64,000 bases of DNA from Basidiobolus meristosporus CBS 931.73 (lineage: Eukaryota; Fungi; Basidiobolomycota). The translations under genes were made by a program, and so were the position numbers. Below, in pieces: positions 12,218 through 24,100 of the stretch. The DNA is taken from positions 124,001 through 188,000 of the forward strand of contig MCFE01000050.1 in the NCBI GenBank assembly GCA_002104905.1. Direction: 5' to 3'. Numbering within the stretch: position 1 is the first letter of the stretch; each line of letters starts with the position of its first letter. The notes under the pieces are model-generated. The model was not told where the DNA came from, searched no databases, and was given only the letters and a program-made list of their open reading frames with translations.

Positions 12218-12654
12218 GTAAGATCCATCCAACTTTTTCACAGAGAGAAAAGCTCCAGTAATAGCAGTAGCAACATTCTAGGGAGTGACAGGTCAGAGTT
12301 CATAACCTGATGTAAGGGTTTTGGAGATATTGGAAGTGATTTGGAGAACAAGTGGAATGTGTGGTTTTCAATTAATGATTCTATTGTATGGCAAAGTAGT
12401 CTTTGTACTTTGATATCGTCATGGCAAAGCAAGCATGCAGAGTATCTTTAGGAGATTCCATGTTTGTGAGTGCCAAGTTTGGGGGTGTTGGGACAACCTA
12501 TCACAATTGCATGTTCTAGCACCTCATGATTTAGTGACATTATTCTAAGTAAAGCCTTACAAGAAATTTGATCAAAATTCTCTAAGAATTGTAGATAGTG
12601 ATCTAGGTGGATAAGCTAGTCAAATGTTTAGGTGCAATACAAGTTATTACAACA
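12218..12654 (-). mobile_element. Leader/PBS remnant plus an older, more diverged 5' LTR (12308-12654), probably the 5' end of copy A
   Basis: 12218-12307 aligns with the leader of B (AGATCCATCCAACTTTT…CATAACC). It is followed by TGATGTAAGG…TTACAACA. Confidence 0.8.
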
Positions 12655-12840
12655 TAACTCTCATTGGGACTGTAAAGGAGCAATCTCAAGATATTAAAGA
12701 CAACAACCAACTGTAGAACTTTGAACTGCAGTAGCAGAGTATATGGTAGCCTGCAAGGCTGCATAGGAAGCAGTGTGGCTAAGAAAGCTCTTTAAAGATT
12801 TGGGATTTAACCAAATATACCCTGCTACAATATTTCAAGA
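12655..12840 (+). mobile_element. Copia RNaseH fragment in the opposite orientation
   Basis: Translates as …QPTVEL*TAVAEYMVACKAA*EAVWLRKLFKDLG…, matching the RNaseH of copy B. Confidence 0.8.
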
Positions 12841-12925
12841 TTTGTCTGCAAGAGTTAGAGAACTCTGGTCAAATTCTTTGTTGGGACTTACCTGACATAT
12901 TTTTTCCAAAATATCAGGTACCCAC

Positions 12926-13275
12926 TGTTGTAAAGATTTGTAATTCCATCTAAGTTTTTACCTAACTTAGTCACTTAGATCAATACCTAAAAATCTTAGA
13001 GTATACTGACCAGATTCCTTGTTTGGATTTACTTAGAATATTTTTACCAAAACATCAGGAACCCAGAACATGAAAGTTAGATAAGTTGTCCAAACAGACC
13101 CAAACTTTACACACATGTTCTTGGGACCTTCCTAGGCATTTTCTGTGCGCTTTTTTTTTGCTAATACAATGCATGGTATAAGTCCCACTTTTAATTTCAG
13201 TAAATCAGTCAGTGAAAACCACATAATAAAAATATTCTTCCAATCAGATTCCAATATCTCCAGAACTCTTATAAG
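12926..13275 (+). repeat. Further LTR copy (+ orientation), preceded by a partial LTR fragment at ~12,855-12,925
   Basis: Begins TGTTGTAAAGATTTGTAATTCC, homologous to 5912-6261. The 3' end is degraded and no TSD was found. Confidence 0.85.
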
Positions 13276-14180
13276 TTACAGCAGCAGTACCAAATCCTAA
13301 TGTTCATACAGATAGGCAATACATCAAAAGCATTGCTGGAATCTGCCAATAACACCATGAGCATAGATCTTAAGACTGGCTCACTGAAAAGCATGCCTTC
13401 CATACTTGCAACAAACACTTGCCCTTCTACTATTTGGGATGTATTTTCCATGGTTTGGTGGTCAGAAAGGCTATCTGGATAAAGATTCAAAATATAGCAC
13501 TAATGGACATTTATGGTAGACTTCTGCAAGGTGCTTTGTAAGTTGCATACACAATGAAGGGGGAACCATAAGGTATGGTAGGCTTGACTGCCTGATCTAC
13601 TTGCTTTGGCAGGCAAGCCAGCTGAAAAGATCACATGGTTGGTGCAATGAAAGGGTTCATATAACTAGGAGTGACCTAAAGTGGCAAATCATTGAAGTCA
13701 ACATGTCTACTCAACAAATCAATAAAGGAGAGCTAGGAGTCCTTTCTGATAGCTTAGAGATTCACACTATACACATGCATGACAATTGCCTGAATGAGTC
13801 TATTAGGTACACCAACGCACACATACTTGACATTTCCCGAGAGCATAACCTGTACTCGGGGATCCTTTGGAAATCTACCCACGACCTTCCCCGAGATAAA
13901 GATTCATTGCATATGGTGGTTACGTAGAGTGCCCAAGAGAAACGAGACGGGGGGTGGTCACCAGGCATGAGCCACCCACTTACCGAAGGGCGAGGGCAAA
14001 GGCGAGCGGACCATTGAAATGGATCAGATTTGTTATGGGAGCGAATTCATTGGCGAGGATCGATGGGGGATTGTTTTGTTTTTCCATCTGATGGATTGGC
14101 CAGATCCAACACCATCCGATCTATCATCATACCCAACTGTCGTAGGTCCACGAGCACCAGAGTAGTCAGTTAGAAACGCA

Positions 14181-16849
14181 ATGGAGACCACACATCCCGA
14201 AGAGCTTGCCCAACAGTTGTGGCGCTGGGCGCAGAACGAACTAGGATACAAGCGAGTGGTGAATTTGAGCTCCACCTCGGAGAAGACCGAATTTGGGGAG
14301 GCAGAACTGCAACCGTAAGTATTGGCGGGGGATGGCCACCAGTCTCCCCTCCTTTGGGGGTCAATCAGCAACAGAGGCTAACCCACAAGTATGCACCGAT
14401 AGGCTCTGCAGGAACCAATGGATCCCCATATTTCAGCACCTGCTGAACCACGTCTCCTCAAGAAGGTACGTCCCCCTCTTGTTTGTAAGCTCCCCACACC
14501 TCCGGTTCTCAACTCCCCCGTTCGCTTCAGAAAAGTCCAGCATGTTCGCAACGTCCTCGCAAGGTAACTAGTTGGACCAAAGTGGAAACGGTTTTTGGGC
14601 CCTCCGTGGTAACGGTTTTTTAGTCACCAGGGTGTCGAGCACGGACTTCAGGAGCATAGCGGCTCTTCCAAGTCGCTTGCCCTCAAACAGCTCCTCGCCT
14701 CCAGGCTTGGGGAGGAGGAAACGTTGAAAGGTCGCAATCAGGAGAAACGGGAGCGTTGTCGGAAGAGCATTACTCGTCTCAAAGATATAGGTAGGTGGCA
14801 CCTTTAGCTCAAGGCACTTGTTTACTGCCCCACCTGGCCCCCCCATGGACTTACCAACCCTACGATTCTTCAGAGGCCAAGATCCGACAGGCCCAGTTCC
14901 GAATGAAGCAGAAACGGATCCAGCTCAGTCTGAAGGAACACTACATCACCCATCTGAAGAGGTTCCAGAAGATAAGCGAGAACTACCTGAACATGATCCA
15001 ACAGATCGTGGATCGGGAGAAGCACCTGGAGCCGAAGAACCACCTGGACGGGATTCGGGAGATATGTGTGGGCATGTCCGAGATGACCAGGGAGATCATC
15101 CGTAAAGGGGAAAGCTCTAACCTGGAGGAGGTGAACCAGCGTCTTGAAACGCTGGTCGACGGCACCCCGCCAGTGGAGTTCCTGCGGTACATCATGGGGG
15201 CCATCAAGGAGAGCTACACCGAGCTGAAGCAGCTGGGCCCGGCATGGGTCACGGAGCTGGAGAACACCGACATCCCCAACCTGGATAGCATGCTGGAGAG
15301 GTGCCATTCCGAGCAGATGGCCAGGTTCGTGGAGATCGAGGAGATGCTGAACGCCATCGAGGATCAGAAGCGCTCCATCGGCCAGAAATTCACCGAGCTC
15401 GACGCCGACATCGCCAACACCTTCACCGAGGATATCGGCAGCCTGGTAAGCGACTTGGTCAAGGCCAAGGCGGAGTATCAGTCGGCCATCGTTGCCCAGA
15501 ACGCTATCCAGGACGCCCTTCAGACGGCCCGCGACGACGAAAGCCGGTTTTTGGAAGGATCTTCCGACCTGGAGGAGCAGCGTAGAGAAATCCAAGCCGT
15601 GGGCAGAGAGATTGTAAGTGGCTCTCGAGCGATCCAGGTCACCTGCGGTACTAACCAAGGCCCATCTAGGACTTGAAATGCCTGGTTCTGCAAACGCTGG
15701 CGAGAAACAATCTGCGTTATCGGGTGAACACGGTGGAGCAGCTGCAGCAGGTAGGTCCATCAGCAGCCGAGCTGACGTGCGGATGGTTGCTAACCCGGAG
15801 AGACTAGTTTTCAGGATTCTCTCAGGAGCAGATCGAGCCGATGAAAGAGAGATTTAATGGAACGGTTAGCAGATTAAAGAACTTCAGTATCAACGACTGC
15901 GCTACCTACGGCAACGTCAGCCTGTCTACTGAAGGAACATCTACGGATGGGTAAGTCGGCTACATTCGGGTTGCAGTATCATAGCACCGCCGTGAATAAC
16001 ACTCGACATATCTTAGGAGATCCATGAACCTCACCATCCACCGAATCAATCAAGACCCCTTCATCCTCAAGCTGAAGGACATTCTAGGCTGCCCCTCATA
16101 CATGGTAAGTACCCGACAGGAACCTCCTTCGTTCGCGAGCTCGTCCATTCAACCTTCTCTCCTACAGGGAGCCGAGACTTTCTTGAGTTATTTGTCGACG
16201 CAGATGCAGGATGGTAAGTACCACACCGCATGAGCGCCACCTTTCGAGCGACCCAGCTGACACAAGAATTTATCTAGTTTGGAGGATGAGGACGGTGAAG
16301 AGACACTTTGCCACCCACAACGAAAACTTCAAATCCCTGTGGGATTACGAACTGGAGAAGCTAGGTTCGGTCGAATTCTGACTCTGCCATGGCCTCATCA
16401 ACGCGACTAACCTGTTTCCTGTTTCTTCGAAGACTGCCCCAGCGGCCTGATCGACACCACCTCAGAGGACGGCTCCCTCAACATCCTGCTCACAGTTAGG
16501 AGTCTTCGGGGTAAGCGACCGGTACATCCCGGAGGATATGTCGAGGTCTCACTAACCGCATTTCACGAAATCAGACTATGCCGTCGCCCAAGGAGATCAA
16601 GCAGCTAAGGAAGAGTTGGCCAGGATCGAGAGCCGGTTGAGCCAATACCCGGCGCTCATCCGGACCCAGAAGATGCTCTTACAGTTGGCCAAGGAGAGGT
16701 AAATCGTTTGCTAGGACCGCGGCCAGACCAGCGTACTAACGAGCATCCCTAGAAACGCGCTTTACAATGGAGAGATCGGGTCGATAGTTGAACAAAACGG
16801 AAGAACCCTTCGGGAGTACTTACATGAATGGCGTAAACTTGTTGTTTAA
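14181..16849 (+). CDS. HAUS5: HAUS augmin-like complex subunit 5 (multi-exon)
   Basis: Spliced N-terminus METTHPEELAQQLWRWAQNELGY…LCRNQWIPIFQHLLNHVSSRRKVQHVRNVL resembles HAUS5 (W-A-x-E-M-G; LC..IW.YI..HV.S.RTV..IRGNL). Long coiled coil in the 14795-15676 ORF. C-terminus GRTLREYLHEWRKLVV*. GT-AG introns. Confidence 0.7.
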
Positions 16850-16996
16850 TGAATATATGTATTTCGCTTGTTCAATTCGCGTGTAAAATTCTTTTGATCA
16901 CATTGTAAACAAAGACTAAAATAAACCCCCTCCTCCCTCCCCCTCGCATCAACAACAAGAAATCCCAAGGGTGCATATATATTTACAAGGAACCAG

Positions 16997-19590
16997 TTAC
17001 TTGTGCCGTTTTAGCTTACTCATGATCTTGCCATGGCTGGATCCCCTTCTTCCGCCGGAGTGCGACCGCGCCTCGTCCTCCGAGGAATCCAGCGGCTCCG
17101 AGTCGTCCGAGTGGTAGTGCCCGTTCCTGTTCCCGTTCCCATTCCCGTTACCATACCCATTGCCATTTGCAAGTTGTTTTCGCGGGGATTTGTAGATGTG
17201 CTTTCCTCCCTCTTGGCGCCTTCCCCCGTCACTCTCCTGTGAGCTGTCATCAGACGTGCTATCGAACGGTTCTTGCTTTTTGGTTCTCGGGGAGCTTGAA
17301 TGCTCCCGGGCCCTCCGGGGGGACGAGGCCGAAGAGGAGTGGCTGTCGGTGCTGCTGTCACTACTTGGGGAGCCCGTATCACTGTCGCTCTGGCTGGAGG
17401 CTTGGTTCCGGGAGCCGCCAGAGTCAGGCCGATGCCGGTATCTATGAGGTTTTTGAGGGGACTTGAGCTTTAGTATAAGCCGCGTTTTGTCAAGATTCGA
17501 GCTCTTCGGCTGGCTTTCTGGCGTGGAAGAGGAGGAGGAGGAGGAAGACTCGCTCCCGGGGGACTCGGGGGTTTCTGCCTTTTTGGACTCATTCAAGACG
17601 ATTCGAAGTTTCAACGGAGGCTGCTTCGAATCGGGCTCCTCCGAGGAAGACCCGGACTCCGAGCTGATGTCTCCATATTGTCGGCTAATGACCTTCCTCC
17701 CTAGGGAAATGGCCAGGTTCAAGGGATCTCGGATGGATGAGGGGATATGGGCCTCGATCTGGGCTTTCTCAGCATCGGAAATGTTGGTCTCGAGCTTGCG
17801 CACCTGCGACTCCAAGTATTCAGCGAGCTTCTTCAGCCCATCTAGCTCCCGCAGTGAGATGACGGTCTCCTTGCCTAAAAAGGGTGAGCTGATCAGAGAC
17901 GCGTGGGATAGAGATCGGTGCTGTCCATACCTCGCAGGAGATGAAGGTAGTGCTGCCCCGCGTACCAGCAGATCTCCTCAAAATACGGGAACCGGAATTT
18001 CGCGGAGACCTTGGTGCGTTTCTCGATGCCGGACACCGCTAGCTGAAGGTCGATGTTGATTCCATGGAGGAAGTTACCGCCGATCACAATGGAATCGACT
18101 GGTGTATGCACAGCATGGATCCAACCAGTAGGGATGATCCTAAGAAGAGGGATGAGCTTGGGCTTGGGTAGGCTGGGGGAGCAATGAGGGGAGGGGTTAC
18201 ATGGTGTTTCCGGGATACAGGTGGACCTTGTAGCATTTCTTGACTTGGTCTCCGAGAAATGTCGTTGCTTGGTCGGCAGAACTGCTCCACTTTTCGTACT
18301 TGCGGAGATTGCTCTGAGTGGGCTCTATGAAGTAGAAGACTTTCTCTCCGGAGAGAATATGGTAAAAAACCTAGAGGAAGCGGGGGGTCAGTCTCTCGCG
18401 GGGCAATCAGGGAACCGGGCATCTTACGGAGGAGCCTCCGAAGTCTATATGGCTGGAGGAGGCCGGTCAGTACGCAAGTCCACCAACATCCCAAGGAAAT
18501 CACTTACAAATCGGTGAAGCTGTCTTTCACGCTCATTAAGCAGTACAGCTGCACCTTGGGGTATTCATGCTTTTTCTTCAACTCGCCGGGCCAGACCTGG
18601 TCCGTCCAATCGAGCTCTCTGTGGTATGGGTTAGAACTGGTGATGTGCTAGCAATCCGTTAGCCACAACAACTTGCCGCACGATGCGAGGCCTTTTGATC
18701 TGCAACGCCAGGTCAGTGTCGCTGATCTCGAGGCTGATCACGTTCAGTATCCGGTCTTTTTCGGGTCGATTGAAATAGTCTGCCCATTGAAGCATCGTCC
18801 AAGGGGCAATGTTGGATTGTGTGGCGACGTCTAATCATGAAAAGCAGGGGTTTAGTAGGAAGGCAGTCAGCTCACCGGAAACATTGTCGCTCACCCATCA
18901 CGCTGACCTCTCGGTAGCCACCTAGCACCCAGATGTTTAGCAGTCAGTTCACCAAACTCCCTTCAAGCCTATACGTACCGATAATGTGTGTGATGTCTGA
19001 GACGGTGATGGACGGCCTTGGCATGGTCATGTCTAAACCTTCTTTGTCTTCTATGATGATAGGCTCGTCGAGGCCATTGATTCGGACCCAGTCAAGAGTC
19101 AGCACATCCCCAGTAACCCGCTGGAAGCTCTCCGCGGCGAACTTCTTGTTCTTGAGGGATTTCACGTAGATATTCTGATTGGATGGGAGCCCGTTGTCCA
19201 GCGCGGCGTAGTTCACGTTGGAGTGTTCCCGGGAGGACTTTCGTTTTTGCTTTTTGTCTGTGGTGGGCCGGACAGGACAGAAGGGATGTTCAGTAAAGTG
19301 GGTTTGTTGGGGCGCATATGGGGCAAAAAGGTGGGAAACCTACAGGTGCTGGGGCCGTTCGGGACTACGCAGTTAGGGCAATGGTATTGGTCGAATTGTT
19401 CGCATTCCGCTTCATTGAGTTTCAAACAAGCCGCGTGATACCAGACCTCGCAGGAATCACACTGCAGCCAGGTCTCTATTCGTCCGGTCCAGGAAATACT
19501 GGTATGATTCTCTGGAGGACAAAGCGGACAGGTCTCCACGTTTAGTTGAGGGGCAGTATCAGCGTTAGTAGGCCACTGCTTCATGGGAAG
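16997..19590 (-). CDS. JHD1: PHD-finger + JmjC histone demethylase (JHD1/KDM2-like) with S-rich C-terminal tail; start approximate
   Basis: [24 protein letters not shown] finger. JmjC-region motifs [19 protein letters not shown] and [27 protein letters not shown]. Confidence 0.85.
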
Positions 19591-20126
19591 AATAGACACA
19601 AACATCAGAAAACAGTGGTGCACACGAAGCAGAAATGAGTCCTTTTGGGAATACGTACTTGAGCCATGGGTTCCGATAGAGAGGTTTTTACGATCTATCA
19701 AAGGGGTTGTGGAATTGAATAGTATGTCTCGTGAGCGCGAGTCGTGACCACGTCTTTTCACTAATATCACTGGAGTATGGAGGTCAAGAAGGTAGTTACA
19801 AATTGAAGGTTAATTACGTCACGTGATCAGGTAACCTCGTTTAATTTGTGTAGAATTTTCACACAGTTGATTTAGGCAAGGACGTGAAGATCACACTGCC
19901 ATCGCAACAGCGTCATAAGAGGCCAGTTTATTTAGGAAACGGTACCACTGCGAGAAGGGGAATGAAGGAGGTGTATTCGATGTAGTAAGGGTGGAGGAGA
20001 TCTAACTGATTGTATCAAGGTCAGCAACAAAAAGACACAGGATATCAAGAGTCTTGGGTGGTGTCGTAACAAAAGGAGCCAAATCGTCTTGGCCAAAACC
20101 TAGATGCAATTTATATACATTCACAA

Positions 20127-21050
20127 TTAACGGCCTGGATTTTCCTTGAAGCACCAGACTTCCAACTCCACGCAAATGAACCGGGGTTCACTGGACAAGA
20201 CTTCATTGTCAAATGTGGGACAGTGCGAGCTTGATCCATTCTCGAGTTCGGAGTCGAGCCACAGCCCAAACTGGCCATCACTTGATGCCGAGATGTTTTG
20301 TGAGTGTCGAGTATCTGCAAACAAGCCGTGGTTCCATGCTTACCCTCCTCCCACAGCAATAAACTCGTTCTCACAAAGAATACAATAATCATTCTTGCCC
20401 GTCCAAGGGAACACTTTGACCTTGTCCTTCTCATCTATTTTCCAAAGGAAGCTGTAGAGTGACCCAGTGAGTGTGTTATCTTATACAGACAAGCATCCGG
20501 TCGCAATTGTAGAATACACTGACCACTCTCCGGAACCATAAAAGTTAGGATGGGGCGTGAATGCATCGGACAAATAAGCTCCAAAAACCTGTCCCAAAGC
20601 CCGAGGTGAGGACAACTCTCTTAACCATAAAGCACATCAGGCGGAAAACTTACGGAGCCTGCAGCATCTTTGATAGCCAATAGTAAAGGAGACTTCCCTT
20701 TGGCGAGGCGTAACAGTGTATGCAGACTGATTCCATGCTGGCTCATGCTGTAAAGCAGTTTCCAGTTTTTCTCCAGCTGAATGCGTCGAGGGATTTTGGT
20801 TTTCAACTACGCGAAGGACTCACTGGTTACCTCGGCTTCTTGTTGGCGAAAGGGGAGTGGCTTACCTGGGCAGCATGATTTTCTGTGAGAACAACTTCAG
20901 TAGTGGGATTTCTTCCAACCAACATTCTAGCGAACCTGACGAGGGGAGAGGTGGAAATTAAACTTGTTGGCCCTCGCTTTAAATAGGCAACCACTAGAAA
21001 CACATACGTAGGACGACTCAACCTTGTTTGTTGGTTGCTACAAAAATGGA
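20127..21050 (-). CDS. OXR1: TLDc-domain oxidation resistance protein, paralogue 1; start uncertain
   Basis: LVGRNPTTEVVLT; IPRRIQLEKNWKLLYSMSQHGISLHTL; GQFGLWLDSELENGSSSHCPTFDNEVL; ELEVW. Confidence 0.85.
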
Positions 21051-21198
21051 CGGTTGACCAATTTGATCAAATTTTCCATGAAAAAGCGTCGCAATAAACC
21101 ATGTTGCAAGAATCAAATTAAATCCATCAGTGCACCAAAAATAAATCCACTCATTCACCAATCCGTTCGCCATCGCGTAACTTAGACTACTACCTCTT

Positions 21199-24100
21199 AT
21201 GTCTGCGGTGACAATAAGTGAGGCGTTCAATCAGTTTTTGGATATAGCTTCCCAAAAACTATCGGCCGCTAGCTCAAGGCGCTACGAACGTGTAAGCCTT
21301 GATCCGACTTGTTGAGGATTTCCCAGGACCCCGTTGTTTATTAACAATTGGTTAGTTTATAGACCTATTCAAAATATATCTAGAGCTACAGCACGAAAGT
21401 ACTCCCGAAGACCCTTCCTTCTGTAACTCTACGCCAGCCAGCCGCATACCAGAATTTGCTCATGATTTCTTTTTGTAAGTCTTTCTATTCTGACTGGTGT
21501 ATTTTCGTGACATGCTGAGCCACTTACGACACGTAGTACCTATCTTCCTCAGCGCAACGTCAGTATCGACATCAAATATGGCACACCAACCATTTTGCGA
21601 CGTCTTTTGTCTTGGCTCTGTGGGTATCTGAAGGTGATTCAGCCAAAAGATGTCAAGGAACTGGTAAATCTCCTCAGCCGATCAGCACAATCCAGAGGAG
21701 AGATCGATAACTGGTGGGAGCAGAATATAGCGCGACCCGGTGCAAAGAAGGCTGCAAAAACTGCAGATTCAAGCTCCCCGATGACTGCTTCAGATTCATC
21801 CATCCTTCCGAAAAACATCCCTTCAGCCCGCAGAAGTCCACCCAAGGTGAAAAATGTGAGCTCTAGTAGCCACACGGATGAAAAATATCCATTCTACGAC
21901 GACGACGACGGCTTCCAAGGAAGTGCTTTGCAAATAGGTGACGATTCATTTTATGATCAAGTAGAGCTTACAGTGGTCGAGAATTACACCCCATATTCAT
22001 GGGATAAGGAGAATGTGGTTAATGAAGAAGATGATGCTCAGCTATTCGAATTCTCTGGGATGCATGCCGAAGATAGTAACTGCCCAACGACTAATACTCC
22101 CTTGTTAAACGAGCCCGTTGTAGAATCACCACGAGACGAAAAGCAGAAGCGTCCAACCTCATCACTCCCTCATCGACATCAAAGCGATAGAAGCACACAA
22201 ATAGTTGAGGCTGAGAGTTCTCGCAACAGGCACTCCGAGATGTCGATCAAAGAACGGCCAATTGAGCACAGACACGATGCATCACGGCGGCATGAAAGCA
22301 AATCTAGAGATACTCGAAGAGACGACCCCGAGCAGTACGTGAAAAGCAGCTCAAAACTCTCAACCAAGAAGTATTTTTCCGAAAAAGATCATGGCCGTGC
22401 CAATGAGAGAAAAAGCAAATCATACCATCAATACGAGAGCAAATCCAGAGACCATCAAAGGTACGACGCCGACCAAGATCGGAGTCGTGACTCGGAATGG
22501 TCAACTGAGAAGCGAAGGGAATCGTTCCACCGACACCAAAGCAAATCCAGAGATACTCGAAGAGATAATATCAAAGATGATCGAAAGAGCAGTTACAAAC
22601 ACTCCACTAGAGAGCATTCAATCAAGAGAAATTCCCGATACACCAACGAACATAGTGAACCATACCGTCCACATGAAAGTAGATCAAAAGATGACTACCA
22701 TCAATATAATGGCTCAGCAACATCAACGCACAGTTACTCAGCCAACAAAAGCTATGGCCATGGTGATAAACACAGATATGTGTCTAAGGATTCTCGACGA
22801 GATGGCGCCAATCTATATCGACATAGTGCTTCAGAAAGGTTTCCTAAGGACCGCTCGGCTACCAAGTATAGCGATGACCTTCGTCAACATCTCAATGAGC
22901 CGTCTCATCAACAGGAAATCAGGTCCAGTGATGCCCGAAGCCGTGCTACTCAAAAGCGCCCAAATGAGAGGAGCCACAGTCCGGCCGATAAGTGGAAGAG
23001 CGAAAGTAAATCCAAATATTCTCGTAGGAGAGACACAGAACAAGGTCGAATAGAGAATCCAACAGAGCTGACCAGAGATCGCTCAGCTGATAGGGATCGT
23101 AACCGTATGAAGCGCAGAAGAAGCAACAGTAGATCTAGGGAATCTCGAAGTGATGAAGCAAAACAACACTCGAAGAAGTACAATTCGGAAAGATCGACCA
23201 GAGAACGTTCAACTGAGGGCGATCACGATACTGGCAAGCAGCAACGAAGCATGCCATCCCACCGACAAGAAAGCAAACCTAGCGAAGCTCTTGATGACAA
23301 AGAGGTCAGACATTCAACCAATCATGCGGTACCTTCATCTAAGCAGTCGTGTGAGAAGGATCCATATGTTATGGGTCAGAACCGATACGAAAGTGAATCT
23401 GGAGGTTCCCAAAGAGATGAGACTGGATTTTCCCGAAAGAAGCGTTTGAAAGTTGAACGGAGTAGCGATTTGCCACACGGACATGAAAGCAAATCCAGAT
23501 ATCTTGAACAACCTACATCGAAGAGCTCAGACCACTCGACCAGAGGACATCCTTTCCAGAAGCCGCCTAGTCAACCCGCTAATGAGCCAATACAATGGCG
23601 CGAACCCAAGTCAGCTGAATTCAAGCACTGAACGTCCACCTAGGGAAGACCAAGTCCATTTCGACCATTCGACAATCGAACCACATGACATGTGCGAGAG
23701 TAGGGATATCCATATCAACGAGCAGAGAAATGAATCATCAAACCGACACCAAAGCAAAGTTGAGGACAATGAATACGAGAGGGGGTATAGAGGGGCAACA
23801 GCTCAGGAAGGCTATCGACACACCATCAACCTTCCAGTTGATGAATATACAAAGAGACACTCTGCAGAAACCGCAGGATCTATGAAGCACCAAAAGAGAG
23901 CGAGATCTCCGAAAACAGAAAGGCGCTCCGGGGCTGAGGAGCATCCAAGAAAATCCCCAAAAATCGCTGACAGTAGTCACCATCGAAATCCAGAGCAGAA
24001 GTCACCACACACGAGAAGATCAGAGCCAGCTTTACACAAAGCAGAGAGGGAGTACCGGCATGGTCAATCTTATAGCAGACATTCCAACGCACATGCGAGA

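Noticed and set aside
12921-13285. Target-site duplication around the last LTR
   Set aside because: The left flank CCCAC is not repeated and the right LTR end is degraded.
14870-15760. 296-aa antisense ORF over HAUS5
   Set aside because: GC-rich coding shadow with no recognisable motifs.
17118-17170. Hexamer repeat encoding [12 protein letters not shown] in the JHD1 tail
   Set aside because: Ordinary coding microsatellite in a disordered region.
21018-21230. 70-aa minus-strand ORF as the first exon of OXR1-1
   Set aside because: It starts at TTG, overlaps the ATG of the plus-strand orphan gene and ends in a stop; I could not splice it convincingly.
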